64,000 bases of DNA from the human T2T-CHM13v2.0 reference genome, Homo sapiens. This document shows, in pieces, positions 16,537 through 30,822 of the stretch. The position numbers and the translations under genes were made by a program. Location: assembly GCF_009914755.1 (NCBI RefSeq), contig NC_060937.1. One strand, 5' to 3'. How positions within the stretch are numbered: the first letter of the stretch is position 1; each line of letters opens with the position of its first letter. The notes beneath the pieces are model-generated. The model was not told the origin of the DNA and made no database searches. It worked only from the letters and a program-made list of their open reading frames with translations.

Positions 16537-16620
16537 TGCCTAACGGTTCTGCTCAGCTGCCTAACGGTTCTGCTCAGCTGCCTAACGGTTCTGCTCAGCT
16601 GCCTAACGGTTTTGCGCAGC
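16537..16620. repeat. 21-bp tandem repeat x4 (TGCCTAACGGTTCTGCTCAGC)
   Basis: Directly visible; TAACGG at 16541, 16562, 16583 and 16604. Confidence 0.95.
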
Positions 16621-16713
16621 CATTTTCTCCCTGGAGAGGCTGGAGTGTCCAAAAGCTTGGCCGACTGAGATTGCTAGTCGTGTCAGGGCGGGTGCGGGAC
16701 TGAAGAAGGGCAA

Positions 16714-16775
16714 GGGCGAGCGGCGGGGACTGGGGAAGGGCGAGCGGCGGGGACTGGGGAAGGGCGAGCAGCGGG
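16714..16775. repeat. 24-bp G-rich tandem repeat (~2.5 copies) in the 5' UTR region
   Basis: Unit GGGCGAGCGGCGGGGACTGGGGAA repeated. Confidence 0.85.
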
Positions 16776-16809
16776 AGGCACGGGCTCTCTCTAGCAGGTG
16801 GCTGCAGCC

Positions 16810-17026
16810 GTGGAGAGGCTCTGTGCCGCCGCTGTCAAGGGCCAGACGGTCCCAGAGCGCCCAAGCCCCTTCAGTCAGCTGGTCTACACCAACAACGACT
16901 CTTACGTGATTCACCATGGGGATCTCAGGAAGATCCACAAAGCTGCCTCCCGGGCCAAGCCTGGAAGCTGGAGAGGATGATGAAGAAGACGACAATGGAC
17001 CTGAACATAAGAGATGCGAAGAAGAG
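16810..17026 (+). pseudogene. ANKRD30-like exon 1, coding part
   Basis: Start codon reads GTG (16810). 1-nt deletion near 16951-16954 (TCC CGG GCC instead of CGG GGC CAA). Donor AG|gtac at 17027. Confidence 0.9.
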
Positions 17027-17793
17027 GTACCAGGCCCTGCCTGAGCCGGGGCTGCAGGAGGAGGAGGAGGCTGTGGGAGGATTGCCCCTTCAGAGTGGGG
17101 GCTGGGGGTCCTGGGGACGAGGGGAGCAGGTGGAGGAGTGGTGGGCAGCGGGGCGGCCGTCCTGGCCCCCGAGGTCTTGATCTTCTTCCCGGGAAGGCCC
17201 CCCAGGCCTTGGATGGGGGCGCCCTGCAGGGCGGAGGGCCCAGGCCACCTTAAAATCAACCCCAAACTTTAGTTAGCTGCTTTCTCCTTCACTCCCACTT
17301 CCTCTCACAGAGCACTGTGTAGATAATTTTAAAGTGATTTAACTTACAAAATTAAGTACATACAGGGTTTTACTTTTAATGTACAGGTTTTAAAAGATAA
17401 TGTTAGATACATTATGAAATGGTGCATAATGAAATAATTCCCATAATATATTAACTTCTTGGCTAAAAATTTTTTGGATAAAGTCCAGTATCCATTTCAA
17501 TATCAATGAATGTCTATGTAAATATATTCTTTGCTGAGGGACCTTAGAAGGTAACTTTGAGGTGGGAAGATGGTTTATGTTTTCGAATTTAAGAAGACTC
17601 ATTTTTCTGAAGATGCAAGTTCTTTATCAGTTTTACATAAACCAAATAAAGTTATCAACGTTTTAACATTTTTAAAATTACACACGCTGTCTTTTACTAT
17701 TGTGATGACATTTAACAAATTTTGTAACGGAGTAGAAAAGTCTTGCCCTTCTAGATTTCAAAATGTGCTATTAATTTGCACAAAATGGGCCAT

Positions 17794-18410
<617 letters not shown>

Positions 18411-20659
18411 ATCACAAATTATTTGATAACAGCTGAAAAGACAGGTAAATGAATACAACACAGTAGAAAATCCAGAAACACCCAAATATCTAAGAATTCA
18501 GAATTTGATAATGCTCACACTTTATACTAGTAGGGAAAGAATTAGTTTCATAAGTGAAATGCCTGCTTTTTGGAGAAAACTAGATTTTTATGCCACAAAG
18601 TAAATTTCTGATGGAATATAGATTAAATTTTTTTTAATATACAAAATGATAAAAGCACCAGAAGAAAACATAAATGCCTATTTACACAGGTACATTTTTA
18701 TGTTGACAACACCTTTCTAAGAAGCTCAGAAGCAAGCAGTCTGAAGGATAATTAAGCAAAACAAAATTAAATTAAACTGTAAGGAGAAAAAATAAAAGGC
18801 AGCATACTTGTAAAATATTTACTACACATGTATGTGCGTGTGTGTATACATATTAGATTTTTAAATCATCATTTTACAGATAATTCACTTAAATCAACAA
18901 AAAAACCCTCTAATTTAAAATTGAGCAATTTAAATTAGAGATCTAAATTGCAGATCTAAAAATAGTACTTTGCTTCTAATTTAAAATTTGGAAAATATTT
19001 TCTTAAGATCTGTAAGTGACCTATGCACACAGAAAACAATATTTAGTGTTCCTGGTTACAGAAGGCATTTAAGTTAAAAGAGGAATCAAATACTGCTTTC
19101 TATCTACAAAGTTTGTGAGAATAAAGAGCAGTGATATTTATACTACTGTTTAAAGTTTAAGTTGCAGATAACTTTTCAAATAGACAATTTGGTGGTAAGT
19201 ACCATATTATTAAGAAGAATCCATATAATGACTTTTATAAATACATTTCAGTGAATTTACAGCATGGGATAATATGTGACCACTGAAGGTAGAAATATGT
19301 AGAGAAGTAGGTGACATTTGAAAATGTATTTTGGTGTATCAAGTGAGGGTAAAGTTCAGTTTGATTATACATACACACAGACTTGCGTTATCTGAAGTTG
19401 TGTATGAAATATGATAAAATTTGTTATTTGAGGGCATTTGTTTTAATATAAAATGTTTTTCCTTTTTATTATCTTTGATTTCCACATTGAGCATGTACAA
19501 TGCTGTTAGAAAAAGTTTATTATTAATGAAATAATTTTTGGGAAGAGCAGGAATATAATTTTGCACCAATAAAAATAATTTCTCACTTTCCATATTTTAA
19601 TTATTATTTTTTGTGGATTAGTATATTCTGTGAACTTTTAGCATCTTCAAAAGACAATCTTTTTACCTGTGCTTGTTGATTTACATATACATCTTATTAG
19701 GCACATATTTTTATTGTATATAGATTTCTTACACATATGTCAATAATTATAGATTAATTAGTGTAGTTTTATTATTAAGAAAATAAAATAGAAAATATAA
19801 GTGCTTTATTTATAGCAGTTTTTTTAAGGTATTGAACTTCTCAACTGTATTTATCTTTTTAATCAATTTATCACATGTAAGCTGAATGCCTATTATGTAG
19901 AAGATACATTAACTCTCAAGATCCTTTCATCCTTAAAAATTTCACATTTACCTGCTCAGCCTTAGCAAAGTGAGAGATTTAAAGTTGGAGTACTAGGAAT
20001 GAATCTCAATTGAAGCTTTTCCTCTCATCTTTAAAACAAAAACACTTCTGAAGTAAGAAACTAGTAAAAGATAACTACCAACCACGATTTTGGAAATTTA
20101 TAACAGCTTTAAATAATAATATTAATCATTGGAAATACCTAATTTACATGCATTCTATAAATTTAAATATGAATTTACATACATTCTGTAAATCTAAACA
20201 TGGAATAAAATGAGCCATACCTACTTGAATCCCAAGTTTTCTTTGGCTTGAAGTTTTAAAAATATTAAAGAAGTACTTTGTTTTAACAGTTTGTTTTTAT
20301 TTCAACTCTCCTTTTGTATAGCACTCTTAAAAGCTAAAATTTCTTTAAGTGTTAATCCTATGACTAGGACTGCCATCGTCCTGTTGTATATACCATATTC
20401 CACTTCGTGGAAGGCACGGTGAATGGTGTGATGCCTCCTTATATTTATGTACCAATAAAAGATCGTTTAAATTTCTGCAAAATATACTTGTAACAAATAA
20501 TGACTTATAAGTGGCATTTCAATGTCAGAGATGTTAAAATATGAGAAATAGAGTATCTTAGAATTATTAAAATAGTTTTATCTCTAACCTTTAAAACATA
20601 CCACAAAGTAGGCATAATTGTACCATTTTACTTAAAATGTTTTCTTTGTTAAGTAGTAG

Positions 20660-20900
20660 AAATAATTACAATATCTATCAATTACTGAGCTGTTACATGT
20701 GCTAGGAATTCTTCGAAATACATTGCACAGATTCTCATGAGACATCACAGTGATGTCCTGTGAGATAACTGCTGTATTCATCTTCACTTTATTGATGAGA
20801 AAATTGAGGCACAGAAAGGTGAAAGACTTTAAAGTAATATTCAAGCCCAAGTTGAACTGAATCCAAAGGCCAAGCTCTTTCTATTCAAATAGGCCACTCT
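20660..20900. mobile_element. MIR
   Basis: Core motif gatgagaaaattgaggcacagaaagg. Confidence 0.65.
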
Positions 20901-21059
20901 TTCATTAATGTAGTGAGTAATAACAGTGAATGAATGTTGTAGTTTCTTCAGGAGAATATTAAATATTTGTTTTGAAGGCAGAGAAAGAGCATGGTATTTA
21001 ATGTTGACAATTACATAAATCATTCTATGTTTTGAGACAGTGGACTAAACTTTCCTTAA

Positions 21060-21215
<156 letters not shown>

Positions 21216-21259
21216 TAGCAGGAGATGGATTTGGTTTAAATACATAGAATAAAAATGAA

Positions 21260-21597
<338 letters not shown>

Positions 21598-21674
21598 CTA
21601 GTTTGTGAAACCTGTGGAATATTTATTTATATTTCCTATAATTTATAATTTACTTCTTGCTTTAATACTGACAG

Positions 21675-21848
21675 GCTCTGCAATGCCAGAGGGAGGCTTG
21701 TGCAAATATTCTCATAGATTCTGGTGCTGATCCAAATATTGTAGATGTGTATGGCAACACAGCTGTCCATTATGCTGTTAACAGTGAGAATTTGTCAGTG
21801 GTGGCAAAATTGCTGTCCTGTGGTGCAGACATTGAAGTGAAGAACAAG
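21675..21848 (+). pseudogene. ANKRD30-like exon 3 (ankyrin repeats)
   Basis: cag|ALQCQREACANILIDSGADPNIVDVYGNTAVHYAVNSENLSVVAKLLSCGADIEVKNK|gtagac; 174 bp, open frame. Confidence 0.93.
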
Positions 21849-22887
21849 GTAGACATTAACCAATGTTATTTTCAAAATATTTGAAATCCATTTGTTTTAA
21901 CATTAACATATGTAAATTGTTTTATATTTGGAAGCTCAAACATTCCTATTTTTCTATGAAAATAGTTTGACAAAACTTAATTGTCTAGGATTTTGCTTTA
22001 AATATTAATATTTTTACAAGAACTATTAGTATGGCTTTTCTGTGCATTATGATAAATATTTAAATTTGTTAAAGGTAAAACATTTTCAAATATTCTTTCC
22101 CACCCAAGTTTTTTTTTTCTTTCCAGTTAGTGTAAAACTACAAGAAAGTAAAATTTGCCTGCATAAATTGAGTCAACATGTAAAATTTAGGAGACATGCA
22201 GAAATCTGGATTTCCTCTTAAAGGATTGAATCTTGTGTCTCTTGAGCCCGTATGACTGTTTGGTATGCTATGAAGACATTCTAGTTTTACATAAAGCATA
22301 TGTTTCCAGTTTGCTACTGTGCCCACCTAGTTACATCACTTATTCAACTTACCTATTTTGCCTCTGTAAATATTTCAGTTATCAATTCCTCTCTCATAGT
22401 ACATTTTGGTAAAGATTTCAAGTTATTGAAGGCAGTTTATAGGTGTTTATAATATATAGTTTATATTTTACATTAATTCATTAATAATGGGGTTGTCTTC
22501 TAGAATTTAGAATATTTTATAAATGATGATTTTTCTCATATAAACCATAAATAATCATCTTCTATTAGAAGGCCTTTAAGCCTTTTTAGATTAATCATGG
22601 TTATATTTGAATATGTTATGCATATTGCAGAAAAAATATTATATCTTTCTCCACAGAATTGTCCCTTAAAATTCAAGTGATTTAGTGGCTTCTATTTTGC
22701 TAAGCCACATACATGAGTTAGAACTTTCATTAATAAGCCATTTTATTCATACTTCTGATATTTTGCCAAAAAATAGTATCAATTACAATAGAAACCAGAA
22801 TAAAAATGGATTATTGCATTTTAAGAAGTAGATATGCATTAGGATCCTAGGAGTATCATTCTAATAGAGAATAAACTTTTATACTGA

Positions 22888-23206
<319 letters not shown>

Positions 23207-24055
23207 TTTTATACTGAATTTCTAATAGCTGAGATAAAATCCTATTGTCTGGTAATAGGATAAACCCCATGGACCATTTAAGAATATGCAATCAAAGTTT
23301 ATTTGAAGCCAATCTCTTTTAATTTACAGCCACTTCCTTAGTGACCCATTTAGAGCAGGAGTGCCTGACATTGGCATTTGGAATCTTGGGATCATTGATA
23401 GAAGAGAATCAAGTGAGTTTGTATCACCCAGAGGAAACCTCCATTTTTGGGGGGAAGCTTTCAAAACTGCATCCCTGAAATTCTAATTTGTCAAATGTTA
23501 ATGTTTGCCACAAAAATATACTGTCAAATAAGGATTAGGTAAAGTTCAATTCATTTCTTGAATAATGAACATTTAATTCACAGTTTTATAACATTTCTTG
23601 AACATAGATAATGGTGGAATCTGTTGGGGTACAGTGCTTCTGGTAAGGTAATTATTCTTTGGAATAAAGTTGAAGAAACACTGTTCTAGAAGTAATAATT
23701 TAGATTACTAATTTAGTAAAAAATAAAGTATTTACTACTATGTCTTAGGGTTTAAGGATATAGAGGTAAAAGATACAGCCCCTGCCCTCAAGAAGCTCTT
23801 GGTTTACATGGGAAACAATAAAATCATTACAATGTAATGATTTTTGGAGATAACCAGAGTTAATGTGGTGATGCAGAGGCTGAATGTTTACAAGAGAAGG
23901 TGCAGTGCATGGGAAAGCACAGAAAAGTGAGAAAGAAGGGATTGCTATTGATTTACTTTCCATTGTTTAAGTTCATAGGATATTATATAAGGTATTCAAT
24001 TCAGCTGAGAAATATGTAATTTCATGAATTATAAATTGTTTTTGCTGTTTTACAG

Positions 24056-24163
24056 GCTGGCCACACACCACTTTTATTGGCCATAAGGAAAAGAAGTGAG
24101 CAAATTGTGGAATTTTTACTGACAAAAAAATGCAAATGCAAATGGAGTTGATAAGTTTAAATG
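24056..24163 (+). pseudogene. ANKRD30-like exon 4 with +1 frameshift
   Basis: cag|AGHTPLLLAIRKRSEQIVEFLLTK, then an A7 run (24124-24130) shifts the NANANGVDKFK frame and gives TGA at 24149. Donor gtatag. Confidence 0.9.
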
Positions 24164-24559
24164 GTATAGTAGTTTTTTTATTAAAAAACACTTGAGTAGT
24201 GTGCTAGAGTAATAACACTCAAGTCAGAAATATTAAATTAATAAAATTTACTTAAAATTATTAGATTATACAGAAAAATACCAACACAAATTATCAGTTA
24301 GGAAGAAAAGCAATTATTTGGACTGGTCAACACAAAGAACAGTATACAGTAGGATTTTCTTCTTTTATTATACTGACTGATTCTTATTTGTAATCTGATG
24401 TTTTTGGTTGCATTATCTTCTATTAGCTAAAGTGGTTCTGTATTAGTTTTAAGAAGTATGAATTTTTAGTTTACTTTATAATTCAATATTGAATGATTAA
24501 CACCTTTATAGTATTTTTCTAACTTCTGTTTTTCATACACTTTTAAAAAATGCAATATT

Positions 24560-24737
24560 TGCTGGGCATGGTAGCTGTTGTCTGTTATCGCAGCACTTTG
24601 GGAGGCCAAGTGGGTAGATCACCTGAGGCCAGGAGTTTGAGACCAGCCTAGCCAACATGGTAAAACCTCATCTCAATGAAAAATATAAAAATTAGCCAAC
24701 CATGGTGGCACAAGCCTGTAGTCCCAGGTACTCAGGA
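24560..24737 (+). mobile_element. Truncated Alu
   Basis: Left arm and start of right arm only. Confidence 0.8.
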
Positions 24738-25127
24738 CAATATTATTCCTAATATTGTTTTAAGTCTTCAGATTGCTCTCACTTGTCCGACTTCTAGCTA
24801 ATTTTGAAGTACAAAATATTATATCAGACTAAGGAGGAAATAGATAATTCCTCACTTAAAACTTTGCCTCTTTTAGATTAGTGAACAGAACATATTTTCT
24901 TGCCCCTCAGTGGACTTTATGTTAGCCAATTCTACTATGCCATATCCCAGTGAGACATGAGTCTTTTCACCCCTTCCTTTTAGCCTTGGTCATGATTTAC
25001 AAGGATAAACACTTGAGCACTCAAGATACTTAACATTTGTTAATACATGTAAATGGCTAATTCTATACTGACAGGCACATATTAAATTGGTTCATTCCTA
25101 ATAATGAAGTTATCTCTGTTATTTTAG

Positions 25128-25265
25128 CACAGCCCTCGTGCTTGCCATATGTCATGGATCATCAGAGATAGTTGGCACGGTTCTTCAGCAAAATGTTGAC
25201 ATCTGTGCTGAAGCTACATGTGGAATGATTGCAGAACGTTATGCTGTTGCTTGTGGATTTAATCT
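25128..25265 (+). pseudogene. ANKRD30-like exon 5 with dead splice donor
   Basis: tag|C TALVLAICHGSSEIVGTVLQQNVDICAEATCGMIAERYAVACGFN; followed by ctaagt instead of gtaagt. Confidence 0.88.
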
Positions 25266-26474
25266 CTAAGTGTTTACATTTAAAGGCTAGGTGAGATTTT
25301 ATAGTTTGTTTCAGGTAGTTTTTGAATGACAGTGAGTTAGTTCACTTCATCAGCCAGAAACTAGGCAAAAAGCTAGACTAGTTAGAAATATTAATGGCTC
25401 CAGGATTCTTTATTTTAGGGCTTTAGGGACGCTAATGTTGTCTACTTGATTTGAAGTATAACCCCTATGCATGGGATAAATATAATGTCACAATTTTGGT
25501 TTTTCTAATTAGTTATTTGGGTCTCAAAATGTCCACTTTAAGCAGAAAACCTGATAGTGTCCCCAGGGGGCTGTCTTCCATACCTTCATTCTTGAATTTT
25601 TTAAAAGAATCTGAACCTAAGTCCAAGGAAGACATTCCTTTTGTACAAGTCAGAAGGATTGGGGGGTGGGAAATGGCCATTCTCTTCATTTTGCTGTTTC
25701 CATTGATTCTGTTGCTGCATCGTTGCCATTGAAACTGCTCCTGCAGTCTGGTAATGATTGACCTTTGTGACCAGGATGCCCTTACTAACACAGATTCCTC
25801 AGTCTTCATGGTATAGACTTCCAAGTTATGACATGTTTTTAAAGTTCACGTACATATTCTCAGCCATTGTTTCCAAAGTACCAGCACCCCACTCTGGCAG
25901 CTAGAACTTTTAGCTTTAGCCACACACATAGTGAGCAAATTGACCCTTCTCCTCACACTCAAAACCTGATGTGAAACCCACATCTTAGCCTGGACATGGC
26001 CTAGACCTTCATGGTAAATTATCCTTTGAGTGGCTTTTTTCTATTTTCTCTAGCCAATATTAGTTGTGGTAGTTTGAAACTGTAAGTCAGGTTGAAATAA
26101 TGTTACAGGAAGAAATTAGAGATCCATTTTGTCTTTGTTACCAGATCTATATCCCTGGCCCTTTATATCCTGTGTAGCACCATTTTGTAGGTAGTGGAAG
26201 GTCTCATCTTATTCTATAAAATCCCATGTCATCTTTCCCAAGTTGTAGTGGGTTCCAACTTGTGGTTGTCCCCTCAAGTGATTCTTTTTTCCTAAAAGTA
26301 AAAATCTCCCATGCTACTTACATCTCCACCTCGAGTTTCTAAAATATTTTCAAATGCTGCATCACCATGAAGCCATTCAATAGACTTCACTAAATCTCAA
26401 GTAAGTTGGTTAGATTTAACAGAGCTAAGCCTCATCCATCACTCATCAGTCTTCACGTATAAAAGTAAGGATTT

Positions 26475-26580
26475 GTGCTGGCTTCGGTGGTACATATAGT
26501 AAAATTAAGACAACGTTGAGAAGATCAGCATGGTCCCCGCACAAGGATGACATAGAAATCTGTAAGGTGTTGCATGTTTC
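26475..26580 (+). pseudogene. U6 snRNA pseudogene (diverged, near full length)
   Basis: gtgctggcttcggtggtacatatagtaaaatt...gagaagatcagcatggtcccc...aaggatgac is collinear with U6 snRNA; ACAGAGA box degraded. Confidence 0.85.
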
Positions 26581-27854
26581 TTGCAGTCCCCAAAAGGACA
26601 TTTTACTACTTTCTAACTAGCTCCAAGGAAATGGTGTGAGTCAAAGCAAAATGGGTGACACCCAGTATTGCAATTGTGATTTTCATACAAAAAATTATTT
26701 ACATAAGGTGATCTATGAAATGAGATGTGGTAACACATAGGATCTTGTGTGCAATATTTTGTTAGTAGGGGTCTCAGAAATGAGAAAATACCAACTTGCA
26801 TCTTCTTTGTGGAACTTACAAAAAATAAAGGTAGGGTTTTGTCTTCCACAGCAGCTGGAAATGAACATAGTGACTAAGCATCATTCTAACAAAGATTTGT
26901 TGGTTCAGAGTTTAAGGAGGTAGATAAAGAGTAGTAGTAGTCCAAGCCAGATGTTGACATCTATTAGTTTTCTGCCCTTGGTGTGACTGATGAGCTCAGT
27001 AATAGAGTATAATTAGGTTATCTGATTTAATTATTTAATATATTTATAAATAAATTTCATTACAAAATATAAAATAGCTTAGATGCTCTGAATTACAAGC
27101 CACAAAGAATAGAACATCTAATATCCAAAAGTAGGAATTAATAACAGAAAATTGCAATATTTGAATATTATAACCTATGAAGAAAAACATTTTTTTTTTG
27201 TTTTTGTTTTTTTTGTAATTTAATTTTTGTTGACACATGGTCTCCCTATGTTGCCCAGGCTGGTCTTGAACTTCTGGATTCAAACAATCCTCCTGTCTCA
27301 GCATCCAAAAGTGCTTGCCTCACAAGCATGAGCCACTGCACCAGGCCAATATATTGGGTTTTATTGGGAATTTTAAATTGTTTCAGCAATAAGGTTCAAG
27401 AACAAATAATTTTTTTGCTTCATTTTTTATTTTAAGCATTTTAAAAATGTTATCTTGTTAAATCTTTATAATAACCTAGTGAAATAAGGCCCTAAAATCC
27501 TCATTTTTAGAAGACATTGAGTCTAAGAGAAGCAACTTGTTCAAGAAAAAATACCTGTTGGTAGCCATGCTAGGACGTATTCCGAGTTAGGGACATTTTC
27601 CATATGTCAAGCTAACTTTAGTTAATTTACTGAGTTATACTGCCCTCACTTTATGAGTGTTTTATCTTTCTTTCTTCTTTAATTAGAAGCTTAATAAGTT
27701 CATAGAGCTTGTATACTTAAAGTCTATGGAAAAAGTAATGTTCTGATGTTAGCTCTAATATTGTCTGAAATACTCTAAGAATGTAATAAATTTGGTAAAT
27801 TTTTTTATATCAGTGTTAAAATAGTGATTTTATTTATTTCATTTTTATACATAG

Positions 27855-27919
27855 CATTCATCAACAACTTTTGGAATATAAACAAAAGATATCTAAAAAT
27901 TCTCAAAATAGTAATCCAG
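27855..27919 (+). pseudogene. ANKRD30-like exon 6
   Basis: tag|C IHQQLLEYKQKISKNSQNSNP G|gtaaga. Confidence 0.9.
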
Positions 27920-28504
27920 GTAAGACCTCTGATAGTAAACTACTCTTGGTGGTGCTACCATAAGATTATAGGAGTGTTAATCACAAAAGAGCTATTAGAA
28001 AAGCAATGTGTAAGTAGCATGTGTTTACATATAGACCTATATGTAAGTGTTTTTTTATATACAAAGCTTTGATTTAATTTTTTAGTTTATAATTCAGAAT
28101 TCATTAAGAATTTAGTTGTAGGTAGTTTATAATCTCAAAAATATTATCTGAAAAAATATTTGTTTAATTGTGGTCCCTAATATCCTATATAATACTTTTG
28201 TATAAATAAGTAAAATAATTTTTAAGTTTATCTATTGTATGTTTCCTCAACTGTCATAAAAATTTATGCTTGTTATAAAATGTATAATCCTTGGTGTGAT
28301 TGATGAGCTCAGTAATAGGGGATTATCAGCTTATCCAATTTAATGAATTAATATATTTATAAATAAATTTTATTACAAATTATAAAATAGCATCGGTGCC
28401 TTGAATTACAAGCCACAAATAATAGAACTTCTAATAATGAAAAGTAGGAATTAATAACAGAAAGCTGCAACATTTGAATATTATAACCTATAAAGGAAGA
28501 CAGT

Positions 28505-28730
28505 TAAGTAAACTGTTAAATAAACAAATATTTGTTTATTAAACATAAACAAACATATAAAATGTTTATTTGTTAAATAAACAAATAAATAATTTATTTG
28601 TTTGTTTATTAAACATAAACAAAATGTTTATTTGTTAAATAAACAAATAAATAATTTATTTGTTTATTAAACACAAACATAAAATGTTTATTTGTTAAAT
28701 AAACAAATAAATAATTTATTTGTTTGTTTC
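28505..28730. repeat. AT-rich ~60-bp minisatellite with internal palindromes
   Basis: Unit containing aaacaaataaat-a-atttatttgttt repeated three times. Confidence 0.85.
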
Positions 28731-28840
28731 TTTATTGTAGAGACATGGTCTCCTTATGTTACCCAGGCTGGTCTTGAACTTCTGGGCTTTATTTAATTTT
28801 TACAATAAATGATTTGCATTTAGAAAATTAGAATTAATTA

Positions 28841-29287
28841 CAGTTGAGTATTGAGCAACATGAGAGTTAGGGTGCTGATCCCCCCATGCAGCTGAAAATC
28901 TGCTTTATAGGAAAATCTGTTTCTTTTGACTCTTCCAAAACTCTACAACATTCTACTGTTGACCTGGAGCCTGAAAAAAGGTGAAAGCTTAAGCAGTCAA
29001 TTAACCCATAGTTTCTATTTTATATGTACTATATACTGTATTCTTAGAATAAAGTGAGCTGGAGAAAAGAAACTGTTATAAAGAGGAAGAAATATATTCA
29101 CTATTTATTAGATGGAAGTGAATTATTATACATAAAGGACTTCATTCTCATTGCCTTTATGTTGAGTAGGCTGATAAGGAGGAGGCAGAGGCGAGATTTT
29201 TCTTAGTATCTTGCAGTGGCAAAGGAAAAGAAAAATCTGTCTATTAGTGGGCTCCTAGAGTGAGAACCCTTATTCAAAGATCAACTG
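28841..29287. mobile_element. Tigger2a-like DNA transposon fossil
   Basis: Terminal inverted repeats cagttgagtattgagcaac / tattcaaagatcaactg. Confidence 0.75.
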
Positions 29288-30288
29288 TGTGGCATAGTGA
29301 CTTGCGTCACTAAAAAAGTAACTATCTTTAGAATTTGGAACTCAATAATACTTTTCTTGCACCATAAATGAATGTCAATAAGAATTAACATAACTTAGCA
29401 AGGGTGCATCAGTACCAATAGGAGATTATTTTTCAAAGATACCTACTGAGTGCAGAAGTCAGAAAAGCAATTCTTTGTTGAGAAGCACAGGTTATGTTAC
29501 ATAGTCTTGTACCAACAAGGTCTCACTATTATCAATTTCATTCCCTCTAAGTTGAAACCAAATAAGATATATTTACTTCATTAGAACAAGATGTGTTGTT
29601 CTATCTGCTGGATAATTAGTGTGTTGATAGTAATTTTGTTACAACAAGTTACTCTGTTCCTACTAGCCAAAATATTATCATTATAAATATACAACTAGCT
29701 CAACTCTAGGCTCAACGAATTATAATAAAAGTGGAAAAAATTTTCACAATAACAAAAGTGCTACTGTGATACCTAAATGTGACAGAATACATTGTACAAT
29801 ATGAACTGTATGAACACATCTTTAATTTATTACATATTTATCAAAGGACTTCTATAAGTTAGATTTTGCAAGTTGCAGGAGACCAACATGGAATACACAT
29901 AGTCTGGGTCTTTAAGGTGCTCATAATACAGTAGAGCTGTCTCTATTGAATTTCTTCATTTTTCCAACAGAATTTCCTAACTATGTTTTCTATTTGTGTA
30001 TCCACTTGTCCACTTAACAAATAACTGTCAGGTATCTTTAAGGTACTAAGCATCTTTCTTGTTATTATCATTGTCATTTTTTATTATTTACTACTTTATT
30101 AAGTTACTAAGCATTTTTCTTGTTATTATCATCTTTTTTATTATTTACTACTTTATTTAGTGCTTACTCTGTGCCAGAACCCCTTTGGGAGCTTATAACT
30201 ATCACTTATTATGTCATTACCATATTCAGTATGTGTCAGACATTTTATATCCAACGTGAAGAATTAAAGCTTTAAAAAGTTTGGTAGT

Positions 30289-30624
<336 letters not shown>

Positions 30625-30724
30625 TTAAGGAAAGCAAGCTGAATGAGTAAAAGTTTTCCAGGTAAAGAGTCAGAAGGATGATATTTAGCAGAAGGAAAAC
30701 TTAACCAGACTGTGTGTTTGGCAG

Positions 30725-30822
30725 AAGGAACATCTGAAGGAACACCTGACGAGGCTGCACCCTTGGCGGAAAGAACACCTGACACGGCTGAAAGCTTGGT
30801 GGAAAGAACACCTGACGAATAG
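30725..30822 (+). pseudogene. ANKRD30-like exon 7, 5' part, ended by an LTR-derived TAG
   Basis: cag|EGTSEGTPDEAAPLAERTPDTAESLVERTPDE*; TAG at 30820-30822 is the first LTR triplet. Confidence 0.9.

Larger units (their letters stand above)
15400..17250 (+). promoter_or_regulatory. CpG-rich promoter region / CpG island of the ANKRD30-like gene
   Basis: Very GC- and CpG-rich block in an AT-rich window, spanning exon 1; NRF1-type TGCGCATGCGC at 16523-16533. Confidence 0.75.

Noticed and set aside
16537-16620. Regularly spaced repeats resembling a CRISPR array
   Set aside because: Head-to-tail units with no unique spacers, in eukaryotic DNA with no cas genes.
15402-17265. Many overlapping long ORFs, including 220 aa at 16603-17265 (-) and 153 aa at 16207-16668
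   Set aside because: Expected from stop-poor GC-rich and tandem-repeat sequence; low-complexity translations with no recognisable domain.
26475-26580. Functional U6 snRNA gene
   Set aside because: Heavily diverged, ACAGAGA box lost, no clear PSE/TATA upstream.
30041-30158. ~60-bp tandem duplication (also a 19-bp duplication at 54311-54352)
   Set aside because: Ordinary slippage duplications with no functional hint.
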